Below are positions 47,959 to 58,331 of a stretch of 64,000 bases of DNA, piece after piece (positions within the stretch are counted from its first letter, which is position 1; each line of letters starts with the position of its first letter). A program made the translations under genes and the position numbers. The notes beneath the pieces are model-generated. The model was not told the origin of the DNA. It made no database searches and was given only the letters and a program-made list of their open reading frames with translations. This stretch comes from a virus, in IMG/VR virus record IMGVR_UViG_3300013131_000021, one strand, 5' to 3'.

Positions 47959-48207
47959 ATTACTGTGGCGGCAATTATCTAAATTGCCGTCTATGTGAAA
48001 CACTCTAAATATTTCTGCATGCGGTGATTTGAAACCGCATTTTTCACATTGATTTTTTAATTTGTACCCGGCACGTATCCATCTAGGAATGCCGTGGTAT
48101 AGACCATGTGACATGCATATTTCACAGAGCTTTCTGTAGTAAATTTTGTCTTTCTTGTGATAATTCACAGCTCTAGGTCTTTGGCCACATTTGCATAACG
48201 GTCTCAT
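47872..48207 (-). CDS. Small Zn-binding HNH-like protein
   Basis: CKCG, CEIC, CEKC, HIDGNLDN...NL.TVCNNC; TAAATA-N5-ATG. Confidence 0.75.
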   Translation of the reverse strand: MRPLCKCGQRPRAVNYHKKDKIYYRKLCEICMSHGLYHGIPRWIRAGYKLKNQCEKCGFKSPHAEIFRVFHIDGNLDNCRHSNLKTVCNNCIQVLGKEGITWRQGDLIADY

Positions 48208-48273
48208 AAAAATATTTAACCTTTTACACCCCTTTTTCTTTAAGTATAACCGGCTGTTTTTGGAAACTACCGC

Positions 48274-48279
48274 TAAATA
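48274..48279 (+). promoter_or_regulatory. Late promoter for gp18/gp19 (divergent partner at 48213-48218)
   Basis: GCTAAATA upstream of AGGAG SD; TATTTA at 48213-48218 serves the minus-strand ORF. Confidence 0.65.
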
Positions 48280-48310
48280 ATATGAGCAACTATTACCAGG
48301 AGATTAGGGA

Positions 48311-51300
48311 ATGGCACTACAATCACCCGGCGTACAAGTTACGGTAATTGATGAGAGTTTTTATACACCAGCTGAGCCTGGCACAACACCTCTTATCGCT
48401 GTAGCTACGGCGCAAGACAAATTAAACGGTGCAGGTACAAACACAGCTACCGGCACAACCAAGGCAAACGCTGGCAAGGCATTTAAGATGACTAGCCAGA
48501 GAGACCTAACAGAATTCTTCGGCGTTCCTTTCTTTGAACAAACAGCAAGTTCAACGCCAATACACGGTTCAGAAAGAAACGAATACGGTTTATTAGCTGC
48601 CTACAGCCTATTAGGTGTAAGCAATGCAGCATTTATTGTCCGAGCTGATATCGATCTTGATCAACTTGAAGCACAAGCAGACGCCCCGGGAGCAAATCCT
48701 ACAAATGGAGCATGGTGGATCGACACACAGGCCAGTGCTTATGGAATACAGGAATGGAATGGCGCAGCAGCCAGCACTACAAACGGACAAAAATTTACAA
48801 CTAAATCACCAATAGTACTTACAGATGATGACGAATTTAAAGTCGACAGCGGTGCTCCTAAGGCCTCAGTTGGATCAATTGGCGATTATGCAGTAGTATT
48901 TCAAACTGTTGACGGAGCAGCAAGTGGAATATTCGACGCTAATAGAGAATTAGCTAGAATGTATTATAAATCAGCCGGCAACGGCGGCGACGGATCTACC
49001 GGAGTAGATTCTGGAGAATGGGTATTATTAGGCAGCAAAAAGTGGAAGGCAAGCCATCCTATTATAACTTTAACCACTGCCCCAACCGGAAGCGTTAATC
49101 TTTACATCAACGCTGCTGCATCATCTACTTTAGTAACAGGTGCATCGTTTGGTGCGATGGCAACTTCTATAAATGCTATCAGCGGTTTAACAGCACAAGT
49201 AGTAGGCACACGTTTATACATTTATTCGGACGGTACAACCAACCTAGACGGCAGCTCAACGCCTGACGGTGCGATTCAACTAGAAAACGGTTCAACAACC
49301 TGGGAAAGCCTAGGCGGTACTGCTGGTTTATACTATGCTCCGGCACTACAACAAACTCCTCACACACAAGTTCCTACATGGAAAAGAAATCAAAATACAG
49401 GAGTAATCGGCGGATACCCAACTGGTTCAGTATGGATAAAAACCACAGAACCAAACTCCGGTGCGAGGATTAGAGCCAAGAGATGGAATTCAGCTACAAC
49501 TTCATGGTTATCTTATGATGCTCCAATTTATGATTCTACCACATCATCTTTATATTACTTAGATAGATCAAATGGCGGTTCGGGTATTAGTTTAGATTCG
49601 TTGTTCATCCAAAGTAATGCAGAGGAATATAGCACAGGCTCAGACCCTGCTACAGCTAGTTTCAGAGTTTGGCGTCGGGCGGTTGCAGCAGGTACAGCGA
49701 CCTCTATAGTCAGCAAAACTATTACCACAGGAACTGTTGGATCAGTAGGTACAAAGTATTTTACGATTGCAGAAAGTTTAAAAAATACGACAATCTTAAG
49801 CGATGCTTTAGATGTTAACGGAGTATTCACAGGTGTTTCCACTCCTATTCAGGTATCTTTTACTGCAACAAATAATGCAGCAGATGCTGAAAAAATTGCA
49901 GCGGCTATTAATGCTGCCGGATTCACTAATATCGAAGCCAATTTGATTGAAGTTACTAGTACTACATTTAAAGTAGAAATCAAACACAAGCTAGGCGGAG
50001 ATTTTCGTGTGATTGACACCAGCGGAGTATTTGCTAATATTTTCGATGGCGCATACAATATCAATACACTAGCAGGAACAGATAATTTACATGCTACTCC
50101 TGCCGGCGATGCAACATTTGATTATCTAGTCAGCGGTTGGACTAAGTTGGCAGCAAGTGATTTCAATGCATCAAGCAATGCGCCGTTAAATGAAGCAACT
50201 GACGGTCAACTATGGTACAACATAAATTATCAAGATGTGGATATCATGATACATAACGGCGAAACATGGGTAGGTTATAGAAACACATATTCACCTTATA
50301 CCGATGCCAACACCACTAGAAATGGTTATATGCCAATCGTGGCGGCTAGCAATCCATATGATGATGATATTGAAACTGGAGATTTATGGATTAGCACTGC
50401 TGATCTTGAAAATTTCCCAACAATTTACAGATATAACAACGATCTAACAGATTTGCCTGCGGAGAATCGTTGGGTGCTAGTTGATAAAACTGATCAAACT
50501 ACTGAGGAAGGTATACTGTTCCAAGATGCAAGATACAATATCAGCGGATCGACCAGCGATATCGCAGGAGCACTTACAGATTTAGTTGTAAGTAATTACA
50601 TAGATACCGATGCACCAAATCCAGCTCTTTATCCAAGAGGAATGTTGCTATGGAATCTACGCAGAAGCGGTGCAAATGTAAAACGATATGCAAACAATTA
50701 TATCGACACTTCTGCAGATAATGCTAGATATGATGGAGATAATTCACCATTAGGACAGACTTTTGAAGGCGGCGAATCGCAGGCCGATTATAAAACTGAT
50801 CGCTGGGTTACAGCTTCAGGTAATAACGAAGACGGATCAGGCACTTTTGGTCGTAAGGCTCAAAGAAAAGTTGTTGTACAGGCATTAAAGAGTGCAGTGG
50901 ATACTAGTTCTGAAATCAGAGACGAAGAACGCAGAAACTTTAACTTAATTGCTGCTCCTGGATATCCGGAGCTTATGAGTAATTTAGTGAACCTAAACAT
51001 CGATAGAGGGTTAACTGCATTCGTAGTCGGCGATACACCATTGCGTTTACCAGCAGATGCTACATCACTTACTAACTGGGGATCAAACGCTGCTATTGTA
51101 ACAGACAACGGCGATGACGGAATAGTCACCTATGACGAGTACATGGCAGTTTACTATCCAAACGGATTCACCACTGATCTAAGCGGTGCATCTGCTGTAG
51201 TTTCAGCTAGCCATATGATGCTAAGAACAATAGCACTGAGCGATAACGTCAGTTATCCGTGGTTTGCACCAGCAGGCACAAGAAGAGGCGGAATTACCAA

Positions 51301-51784
51301 CGCTACTGCTGTGGGTTATATTGATGCAAGTACCGGAGAGTTCCAAACCGTTGCATTAAATGAAGGGCAGAGAGATACTTTATATGATCTAAAAATAAAT
51401 CCAATTCCGTTCTTCAATGGAGTAGGATTAATAGCATACGGTCAAAAGACTCGTGCAAGAAATGCTTCGGCATTAGATAGAATTAATGTCGCAAGATTGG
51501 TAGTATACCTACGCAGTCAATTAAACAAACTAGCTCGTCCGTATATCTTTGAACCAAATGACAAGATAACTAGAGACGAAATCAAACAGGCAGTTGAGAG
51601 CTTGTTATTAGAACTAGTAGGTTTAAGAGCGTTGTATGACTTTGCGGTTGTTTGTGACGAATCAAATAACACACCAAGTAGAATTGATCGTAATGAACTA
51701 TATGTTGACATTGCTATTGAGCCAGTAAAAGCAGTTGAATTTATCTACATTCCATTGCGTGTCAAGAACACAGGAGAAATTTAA
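48311..51784 (+). CDS. gp18: Tail sheath protein (1157 aa)
   Basis: SPGVQVTVIDES, WFAPAG..RG, INPI, GQKT, LDRINV.RL, FEPND..TR, DESNNTP..IDRN...DIAIEP.KAVEFI. Confidence 0.95.
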   Translation: MALQSPGVQVTVIDESFYTPAEPGTTPLIAVATAQDKLNGAGTNTATGTTKANAGKAFKMTSQRDLTEFFGVPFFEQTASSTPIHGSERNEYGLLAAYSLLGVSNAAFIVRADIDLDQLEAQADAPGANPTNGAWWIDTQASAYGIQEWNGAAASTTNGQKFTTKSPIVLTDDDEFKVDSGAPKASVGSIGDYAVVFQTVDGAASGIFDANRELARMYYKSAGNGGDGSTGVDSGEWVLLGSKKWKASHPIITLTTAPTGSVNLYINAAASSTLVTGASFGAMATSINAISGLTAQVVGTRLYIYSDGTTNLDGSSTPDGAIQLENGSTTWESLGGTAGLYYAPALQQTPHTQVPTWKRNQNTGVIGGYPTGSVWIKTTEPNSGARIRAKRWNSATTSWLSYDAPIYDSTTSSLYYLDRSNGGSGISLDSLFIQSNAEEYSTGSDPATASFRVWRRAVAAGTATSIVSKTITTGTVGSVGTKYFTIAESLKNTTILSDALDVNGVFTGVSTPIQVSFTATNNAADAEKIAAAINAAGFTNIEANLIEVTSTTFKVEIKHKLGGDFRVIDTSGVFANIFDGAYNINTLAGTDNLHATPAGDATFDYLVSGWTKLAASDFNASSNAPLNEATDGQLWYNINYQDVDIMIHNGETWVGYRNTYSPYTDANTTRNGYMPIVAASNPYDDDIETGDLWISTADLENFPTIYRYNNDLTDLPAENRWVLVDKTDQTTEEGILFQDARYNISGSTSDIAGALTDLVVSNYIDTDAPNPALYPRGMLLWNLRRSGANVKRYANNYIDTSADNARYDGDNSPLGQTFEGGESQADYKTDRWVTASGNNEDGSGTFGRKAQRKVVVQALKSAVDTSSEIRDEERRNFNLIAAPGYPELMSNLVNLNIDRGLTAFVVGDTPLRLPADATSLTNWGSNAAIVTDNGDDGIVTYDEYMAVYYPNGFTTDLSGASAVVSASHMMLRTIALSDNVSYPWFAPAGTRRGGITNATAVGYIDASTGEFQTVALNEGQRDTLYDLKINPIPFFNGVGLIAYGQKTRARNASALDRINVARLVVYLRSQLNKLARPYIFEPNDKITRDEIKQAVESLLLELVGLRALYDFAVVCDESNNTPSRIDRNELYVDIAIEPVKAVEFIYIPLRVKNTGEI

Positions 51785-51786
51785 AA

Positions 51787-52455
51787 ATGGCAATTACATC
51801 ACTTAACAATATTGGTATTCCTACAACTAATGACGGAGGCTCAACTCAGGTCTTGTTGATGCCCAAGTTGAAATATCGATTTAGAGTAACTCTTAGAGGG
51901 TTCGGTGTTGACAATAATGTCGAATTGATAAAACAGGTTCAAGATGTTACTAGACCAAAAGTTGCATTTGAAGAAATGACTTTAGATGTTTATAATTCTA
52001 GAGTAAAATTGGCAGGAAAATACACTTTAGAAAACATTACATTGACTTTGAGAGATGATGCTAGCGGCCAAGTGCAAAAACTAGTAGGACAACAGATCCA
52101 GAAACAATACGATTTCATGGAACAGGCATCCGCTCGTTCGGGTATCGACTACAAGTTTACTACTGTGATCGAAGTTCTAGATGGCGGAAATGGTGCTACA
52201 GGCCCGTTCACTTTAGAAACATTTGAACTATACGGCTGTTTTGTGCAGAACGTTGACTACGGTGATGCTGCCTATGGAACTAATGAACATATGACTGTTT
52301 CGTTAATTATTGCCTACGATAACTTAGTACAATTTGCAGCAGGTTCAGCAGCAGTCAGTAAAGTTGGTGGTATTGGAGCAGCAGTCGGAAGAACTCTTGC
52401 TGCCGTTGGCAGAGGCGGTACAACCACTGGTTCTCAAAATCCAACCACTGTTTAA
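51787..52455 (+). CDS. gp19: Tail tube protein
   Basis: Follows the sheath; PKLKYRFRV, RPKV.FE, KLAGK, TLRDD, ELYGCF...YD. Confidence 0.9.
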   Translation: MAITSLNNIGIPTTNDGGSTQVLLMPKLKYRFRVTLRGFGVDNNVELIKQVQDVTRPKVAFEEMTLDVYNSRVKLAGKYTLENITLTLRDDASGQVQKLVGQQIQKQYDFMEQASARSGIDYKFTTVIEVLDGGNGATGPFTLETFELYGCFVQNVDYGDAAYGTNEHMTVSLIIAYDNLVQFAAGSAAVSKVGGIGAAVGRTLAAVGRGGTTTGSQNPTTV

Positions 52456-52468
52456 TTTTTTTAAACTT

Positions 52469-52497
52469 AAAAAAGCCCGAAAATTTCGGGCTTTTTT
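52469..52497. terminator. Rho-independent terminator (bidirectional form)
   Basis: AAAAAAGCCCGAAA-A-TTTCGGGCTTTTTT. Confidence 0.9.
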
Positions 52498-52514
52498 TAT
52501 GACTAAATATTTGT

Positions 52515-53600
52515 ATGGCAAATTATTTCACAAGATTTCTAACAGGTGTGGCTGAAGGTTTGTTAAAACCAAAAGGCCAACAAGCTAACTGGGCCCATGC
52601 CTCTCGTCTGTTCATAGACAACACTATGAGGCTAGCGCCTAGAACGAAATTTAATTTTTATGTAAGATTTGATCTTGACAAAGCCGCGATTAGGGCCCCA
52701 TCATTTCAAAATAAACACCATGAAGAAATAGGTATACTATGTAAAACAGCTGACCTTCCTAAGTTTACTTTTGACTCGATCGTAAAAAATCAATACAACA
52801 GAAAAAAAATAATTTATAAACAAATTAATTACGATCCTATTAATTTAACGTTTCATGACGATAGTGCTGGGGTCATAAATGCAATGTGGGCATTGTATTA
52901 CGGTTATTATATTGGAGATAGAAATTTACCCAACGGTGCTTGGGAAGCCAATCATCTTAGACCAACAAAAACTCCAAAAGATAATTTCCGATATGGTATG
53001 GATAATGATATTACAGCTTCTTTTTTAAAGTCTGTTAGCATTTACACAATGGCTAGAAGAAGATTTATCGGCTATACATTAGTAAACCCTAAAATTAAAT
53101 CTTGGAACCACGGTTCGATGAATTATTCAGCAAGCGAATTTAATGAAAATCAAATGACCTTAGAATATGAGGCTGTTCAGTATACCGCTGGAGAAGTAAC
53201 CTACAATAATCCAAAAGGTTTTGCAGTTCTAAATTATGATTCTGTGCCATCTCCTTTGTCTGTAGCTGGCGGTGGTGTTGCAAGGCTTACCGGAGCAGGT
53301 GGTGTACTAGATGGATTAGAATCAGTGTTTGGAGATATAGGATCGGGTAAGGCTTTGACCACATCAGGCGGATTTTTAAATACAGCCATCAAGGCAGTTA
53401 ACACATATAAGAATATTGGTGCATTAACAGGCAGTGGATTAGCCAATGAAGCTGTTAACATATTAAGCAGTCCTGCAGGTTTGGCTGTTGCTGCGTCTAC
53501 AGTCGGCGGCGTTGTAGGAGCTATATGGCCAAAAAGTGCATCTACAACACCTACAACCGATGCAACTACTAGAAATCTAGTACCTCCTCCTACTATCTAA
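52515..53600 (+). CDS. Tail-tube-fold baseplate protein (gp48/gp54-like)
   Basis: KTADLPKF...NQYNRK......YDPINLTFHDD and TLEYE are tube-fold motifs; Gly-rich C-terminus. Confidence 0.7.
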   Translation: MANYFTRFLTGVAEGLLKPKGQQANWAHASRLFIDNTMRLAPRTKFNFYVRFDLDKAAIRAPSFQNKHHEEIGILCKTADLPKFTFDSIVKNQYNRKKIIYKQINYDPINLTFHDDSAGVINAMWALYYGYYIGDRNLPNGAWEANHLRPTKTPKDNFRYGMDNDITASFLKSVSIYTMARRRFIGYTLVNPKIKSWNHGSMNYSASEFNENQMTLEYEAVQYTAGEVTYNNPKGFAVLNYDSVPSPLSVAGGGVARLTGAGGVLDGLESVFGDIGSGKALTTSGGFLNTAIKAVNTYKNIGALTGSGLANEAVNILSSPAGLAVAASTVGGVVGAIWPKSASTTPTTDATTRNLVPPPTI

Positions 53601-53609
53601 TTAATTATC

Positions 53610-53975
53610 ATGGCAACAAATTTACCTAGTCAACCCATAGAAGATAGTGCCGCAGGCACTAAATTATTTTTCGATGCTTATGGCGAACAACCGTTAGAAT
53701 TCTCAGCTAACGATGTAAATTTTACGCAAGGTTTTTTTGAACGTGCGGGATTTGATAAAGATGCAGCATCATTAGTAACTATGACTTTGCTACGGCAAGC
53801 TAAAATCGATGGAACTTCGATAGCAGAAATTTTAGATACTTTAAAATCATTTACGGGAATACAATTGAGTCAGATAGTGGGAGAAATATTGAATAATAAT
53901 AGGGTTTCTACATCTATATTAGGGTTCAGGACCACAGATGTGAAACCAAATCAAACAAGGAATATAGCAGCATAG
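53610..53975 (+). CDS. Hypothetical virion-module protein (121 aa)
   Basis: Co-oriented; TAG/GTG overlap with gp4. Confidence 0.7.
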   Translation: MATNLPSQPIEDSAAGTKLFFDAYGEQPLEFSANDVNFTQGFFERAGFDKDAASLVTMTLLRQAKIDGTSIAEILDTLKSFTGIQLSQIVGEILNNNRVSTSILGFRTTDVKPNQTRNIAA

Positions 53976-54412
53976 TGAAATTCGCTCAAGGTAGATTCGA
54001 AATGAAAAATCCTACAAAATATGTAGGAAAAAAAATTCCTTTAGCCAGAAGCAGTTGGGAATTTGTTTTCATGAGAATGTTAGACGAACATCCGGGAGTT
54101 GAAAACTGGGCTAGCGAAAGCATACAAATACCCTATCGCGATCCACTGACTGGTCGACAGACTATTTACGTGCCTGATTTTTTTATAGTCTACATCGATA
54201 AAAATAAGAAAAAACATGCAGAAGTTGTAGAAGTCAAACCTAGTAATCATACATTAAAAGAAAAAATAGGTAAGAGTCTTTATAATCAACAACAATATGT
54301 AAAAAATCTAGCTAAATGGGAAGCTGCTAATGCCTGGTGTAAACAACAAGGAATAAGATTTAGAGTTATTAACGAAGATGAAATTTTTCATAAAGGTTCA
54401 AAACGTAGATAA
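53975..54412 (+). CDS. gp4: Head completion nuclease (TnsA-like PD-(D/E)XK)
   Basis: RSSWE..F, WASE.I.IPY, YVPDF, VEVKP, KWEAA..WC. Confidence 0.9.
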   Translation: MKFAQGRFEMKNPTKYVGKKIPLARSSWEFVFMRMLDEHPGVENWASESIQIPYRDPLTGRQTIYVPDFFIVYIDKNKKKHAEVVEVKPSNHTLKEKIGKSLYNQQQYVKNLAKWEAANAWCKQQGIRFRVINEDEIFHKGSKRR

Positions 54413-54419
54413 GTAGAAT

Positions 54420-54896
54420 ATGACCAAACGATTAGAAGACTTGTTAAATTTAGACGAAAAAAAATCAAAAAAACAGGAACCTGTACCCGTACCTACTCAC
54501 GAGCAGATTCACAGTTTGAACGACAGCTATAACGCTGTGCAAGAAATCGTCAAAGGATTACCACAAATTAAAGAATTGGACGATTTAGACGACAAAGAAT
54601 TAGATACTTTAGCAACAAAAGCAGAACAGGCCTATGACGAGTTAATGGATCTGGGTATGAATGTAGAAGTGCGCTATAGCGGGCGTATTTTTGAAGTTGC
54701 AGCCAGCATGATGAATAATGCTATCAATGCCAAAACTGCCAAAATCGATAAAAAATTAAAAGCAGTAGATCTACAGTTAAAGAAACTTAAAATAGACAAT
54801 GATTCAGGAAGTAATGCCAATGATGTAATAAATGGCAGCGGTTATGTGATAACTGATCGAAACGAGCTTCTTAAAAAATTAGGCGGAAAAGCATAA
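54420..54896 (+). CDS. gp16: Probable terminase small subunit
   Basis: Helical; YSGRIFEVAASMM resembles gp16 PR.YEVAA.L; C-terminal VITDRNELLK; near gp17. Confidence 0.65.
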   Translation: MTKRLEDLLNLDEKKSKKQEPVPVPTHEQIHSLNDSYNAVQEIVKGLPQIKELDDLDDKELDTLATKAEQAYDELMDLGMNVEVRYSGRIFEVAASMMNNAINAKTAKIDKKLKAVDLQLKKLKIDNDSGSNANDVINGSGYVITDRNELLKKLGGKA

Positions 54897-54904
54897 ATAC
54901 AACT

Positions 54905-55468
54905 ATGAAAACTTTTAAAGAATATCTTGCCGAAAGCAAAAAATTATATAATTTTAAAGTTAAGGTCGCCGGCGAATTACCTGAAAAATTTCAAGAAAAT
55001 TTGAAAACTCGGTTAGATCGCTGCGGAGTAAAAACTTTAGAAAAAATTTCAACTACTCCTATACAGAAATTACCGCTAGATTTTCCAGGTAAAGAAAATT
55101 GTGAAGTTACTGTGTTTGAAGTAATTTGTGAATATCCTATTACTGCTCCTGAAATTTCTAATTATGTTAAAGAAACTGGTCTAGATGAAAATTGCTTCAG
55201 AGTTCGCGGTAGCAGCGAACCTTCAGAAATAGATCAAATAATGGCAGATAACGAACCTTCCGGAAAAGCATTACTAGACGACACTAGTTATAAGGAAAGC
55301 GGAAAAGTAAATGTCAAGGATTATTTTGGAGATGAATTTAATAAAAGTTTCCTAAAAGATTTATCCAAGGCCTCAAAAGATCGAAAAAAAGACGGTGTGC
55401 AGACAGAATATAAGATGCCCAAGGCCAAACAAGATAAAGCAGGTGCTAAAAGCGCCATGGGGAGTTAA
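54905..55468 (+). CDS. Putative internal head protein with capsid-targeting-like N-terminus
   Basis: MKTFKEYLAE resembles T4 IP capsid-targeting sequences (MKTFKEF.../MKTYQEFIAE). Confidence 0.7.
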   Translation: MKTFKEYLAESKKLYNFKVKVAGELPEKFQENLKTRLDRCGVKTLEKISTTPIQKLPLDFPGKENCEVTVFEVICEYPITAPEISNYVKETGLDENCFRVRGSSEPSEIDQIMADNEPSGKALLDDTSYKESGKVNVKDYFGDEFNKSFLKDLSKASKDRKKDGVQTEYKMPKAKQDKAGAKSAMGS

Positions 55469-55471
55469 TAA

Positions 55472-56032
55472 ATGGATTTTCATCAACTAATAGCTAAAAT
55501 GCAACAGTTAGATCAACCGGCCGTAGAAGACGCACCAGCCGAAGCATGTGGAGATATGCCTCCTATGGATATGCCTAATATGCCTTCCAAGGCAGAAGAG
55601 CCTCCTCCAAGTATGAGTGTAAACTTAAACGCTCAAGGATTAGATAATATAGAAGAATTATTGCAGTTAATAATGAAAGTAAATCCAGATGCTGCCAAAG
55701 ACGGTGCACCTTCGATGGGTATGCCAAGTTTGCCACCATTAAAAATGCTTCCTCATGATGAGCCGGACGGCGACGAGATGCCAATGCCTATGAAATTAGG
55801 TATGGACAAAGACAAAGAAGAAGCATTTGGTAATTCTATGCAAGACAGCGAACCAGAAACCATGGATGTAGATGCTGTGATGCACGACGGAGATGATTTG
55901 CATAAGAAAAAAGATATGTTTAAAGCAGCAGCCGGAGGAGATAATCCTATGGCTGCAGAGGGAACTGATCTACGTGCCCAGATTCGTGCAGAATTACTAC
56001 GTAGATTAGAAGAAGCTAAAGGAGCAAAATAA
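55472..56032 (+). CDS. Acidic Pro/Met-rich protein, probable prohead core component
   Basis: Low complexity (MPPMDMPNMP), Asp/Glu-rich; late operon. Confidence 0.65.
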   Translation: MDFHQLIAKMQQLDQPAVEDAPAEACGDMPPMDMPNMPSKAEEPPPSMSVNLNAQGLDNIEELLQLIMKVNPDAAKDGAPSMGMPSLPPLKMLPHDEPDGDEMPMPMKLGMDKDKEEAFGNSMQDSEPETMDVDAVMHDGDDLHKKKDMFKAAAGGDNPMAAEGTDLRAQIRAELLRRLEEAKGAK

Positions 56033-56676
56033 TGTCAGGATTTAAAATTAGTCCAGAATCGCTAAGACCTGAATTTTATCAGGTTGTGTTAACATTAAGT
56101 GGGGGAACAGGAACGTATCCTACAGCTGACGGGAATGATAATGGAGCGGTATATCCTCAGGATCACAGCCAATTCTCTACTCAACCCAGCACTTATGTCA
56201 TAGGAAAGCGTGTAGCCAGAGGACATCAGAGATTTTTAGCTATTGTAGAGAATCTTTCAAAGTATTCAGATTGTCAGATACAAGATGTACAATTTACTTC
56301 AGCAGGTATAACAGTTGCAGATAACCAACCTACTTCAGTTACTTTTACTGTAAAATATGATCGCGGTGGTGCTGCTGGTGCAGGAACCAGCGAAGCAGTA
56401 TTAGGCAGTGTTAGATCTGAAATAGGATCTCCCTTCCAATTTACTCCCACTACAGGTGGTGCGGTCACTGTAAACACTACTGCCAGGGCGCTGAGATATC
56501 TAATTGGTCAGGCCATCGGTAGAACTAACTACACCAAGAGTCTCAGAGTATGGGACGGTGGAAATGGATTTGAAATACAGGAAAAACTCACAGTAACATT
56601 GCCGGATTCGATCGGTGATATCTATGATGATATCGCAGTAACTCTAGTAGATGCTGCTGAGACCATAGATTCGTAA
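56032..56676 (+). CDS. Hypothetical virion protein (214 aa)
   Basis: TAATG overlap with the previous gene; followed by a terminator. Confidence 0.7.
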   Translation: MSGFKISPESLRPEFYQVVLTLSGGTGTYPTADGNDNGAVYPQDHSQFSTQPSTYVIGKRVARGHQRFLAIVENLSKYSDCQIQDVQFTSAGITVADNQPTSVTFTVKYDRGGAAGAGTSEAVLGSVRSEIGSPFQFTPTTGGAVTVNTTARALRYLIGQAIGRTNYTKSLRVWDGGNGFEIQEKLTVTLPDSIGDIYDDIAVTLVDAAETIDS

Positions 56677-56691
56677 TTTCTATATTATATC

Positions 56692-56719
56692 AAATAGGGC
56701 CGCAAGGCCCTATTTTTTT
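56692..56719 (+). terminator. Rho-independent terminator
   Basis: AAATAGGGCC-GCAA-GGCCCTATTT followed by a T run. Confidence 0.9.
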
Positions 56720-56733
56720 CAGTAAATACAGTT

Positions 56734-58320
56734 ATGGGAAAATCGTTAGACGGCAATTTAATTAAAAAAGCCCACAAAGCAGTAAGGTATACCCTTGATG
56801 AAGTCAAGCACTTAGAAAATTGCATGGACCCTGTGGATGGTCCATTGTATTTCGCTAAAAATTTCATTAAAATACAGCACCCTGTCAAAGGATCGATACC
56901 TTTTAAACCTTATGAATATCAAGAAAGATTGATACAGGCTTACCACGGCAATAAAGAGTGCATCGCTATGTTGCCCAGACAAATGGGTAAAACCACCTGC
57001 GCAGTTGCTTACCTATTATGGTACACTATGTTTGTACCGGATGTTCAGGTTTTGATTGCAGCTCATAAGTATGAAGGTGCTCGTGATATCATGGATCGTT
57101 ATAGATATGCCTACGAAAATCTTCCAGATTTTGTGCGAGCGGGCGTATATTCGTATAATAGAAATACTATCGAATACGATAACGGATCAAGAATACAAGC
57201 TACAACTACTACCGAAAACACAGGCCGCGGCAAATCCCTATCATTGATATATTGCGACGAGTTTGCATTCGTGCAGCCAATAGAAAAAGCCAAAGAATTC
57301 TGGACAGCATTATCTCCAACACTGGCCACAGGCGGTAAAGCGATCATCACATCAACACCGAACTCAGACGAAGATCAGTTTGCAATGATATGGACTGAAG
57401 CAAATAAAAAGTTTGATGAATACGGTAATGAGACTTCAGTCGGACAAAATGGATTTTTTCCTTTTTTTGCACACTGGAACGAACATCCTGATCGAGACGA
57501 TGCATGGGCAAGATTAGAAAAAGCCAAAATTGGTGAAGAACGTTTTAGGCGTGAATTTGAATGTGAATTTTTAATTTATGACGAAACCCTAATTAATTCC
57601 GTAAAATTAGTAGAATTGACAGGCAAAGAACCTATAATGACTATGGGTCAAACACGTTGGTATAAAGATATAGATTCTAGATCGACCTATTTGCTGGCTC
57701 TAGATCCAAGTCTAGGAACTGGCGGTGATTATGCCGCAATACAAGTATACGAAATGCCGGCCATGGAGCAGGTCGCCGAATGGCATCATAATACTACTCC
57801 CGTCCAACAACAAGTAAAACATATGAGAGAAATACTGCGATACATACACGATCGCGGAGAAGAAAAAGGCGGAGTGCCGCAAATCTATTATTCTGTTGAA
57901 AACAATACTTTAGGAGAATCTGCACTTATTGTTATTAATGATATAGGCGAAGAAAATTTTCACGGATTATTTTTAAGCGAACCTATTAGAAAAGGCCATG
58001 TTCGAAAATTTAGAAAAGGATTTAATACTACACATCGTACGAAAATTACGGCATGTAGTCAACTTAAAAATATGATAGAAACAAACAAGATGAAATTAAA
58101 TTCGAAACCGTTGATTTCTGAGCTGAAAACATTTGTAGCTACAGGACTAGGATTCAAAGCTAAATCCGGCGAAAACGACGATCTAGTAAGTTCTACTTTA
58201 TTAGTAATGCGCATGGCTGATGTTTTAGCTGATTGGGATCCGCATATCTACGACAAAATGACTGAAAAAATCACCGAGGAATCGATGCCTATGCCGATCT
58301 TTGTTAGCATGGGCTTATGA
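56734..58320 (+). CDS. gp17: Terminase large subunit
   Basis: LPRQMGKTT Walker A, GKSLSLIYCDE Walker B, ITSTPN, LALDPS..GGDY, NDDLV nuclease motifs. Confidence 0.97.
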   Translation: MGKSLDGNLIKKAHKAVRYTLDEVKHLENCMDPVDGPLYFAKNFIKIQHPVKGSIPFKPYEYQERLIQAYHGNKECIAMLPRQMGKTTCAVAYLLWYTMFVPDVQVLIAAHKYEGARDIMDRYRYAYENLPDFVRAGVYSYNRNTIEYDNGSRIQATTTTENTGRGKSLSLIYCDEFAFVQPIEKAKEFWTALSPTLATGGKAIITSTPNSDEDQFAMIWTEANKKFDEYGNETSVGQNGFFPFFAHWNEHPDRDDAWARLEKAKIGEERFRREFECEFLIYDETLINSVKLVELTGKEPIMTMGQTRWYKDIDSRSTYLLALDPSLGTGGDYAAIQVYEMPAMEQVAEWHHNTTPVQQQVKHMREILRYIHDRGEEKGGVPQIYYSVENNTLGESALIVINDIGEENFHGLFLSEPIRKGHVRKFRKGFNTTHRTKITACSQLKNMIETNKMKLNSKPLISELKTFVATGLGFKAKSGENDDLVSSTLLVMRMADVLADWDPHIYDKMTEKITEESMPMPIFVSMGL

Positions 58321-58331
58321 TAAATATAACT

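Noticed and set aside
48282-48347. 21-codon uORF overlapping the gp18 start
   Set aside because: The ATG is only 2 nt after TAAATA, unlike the 4-5 nt pattern, and there is no other support; probably chance.
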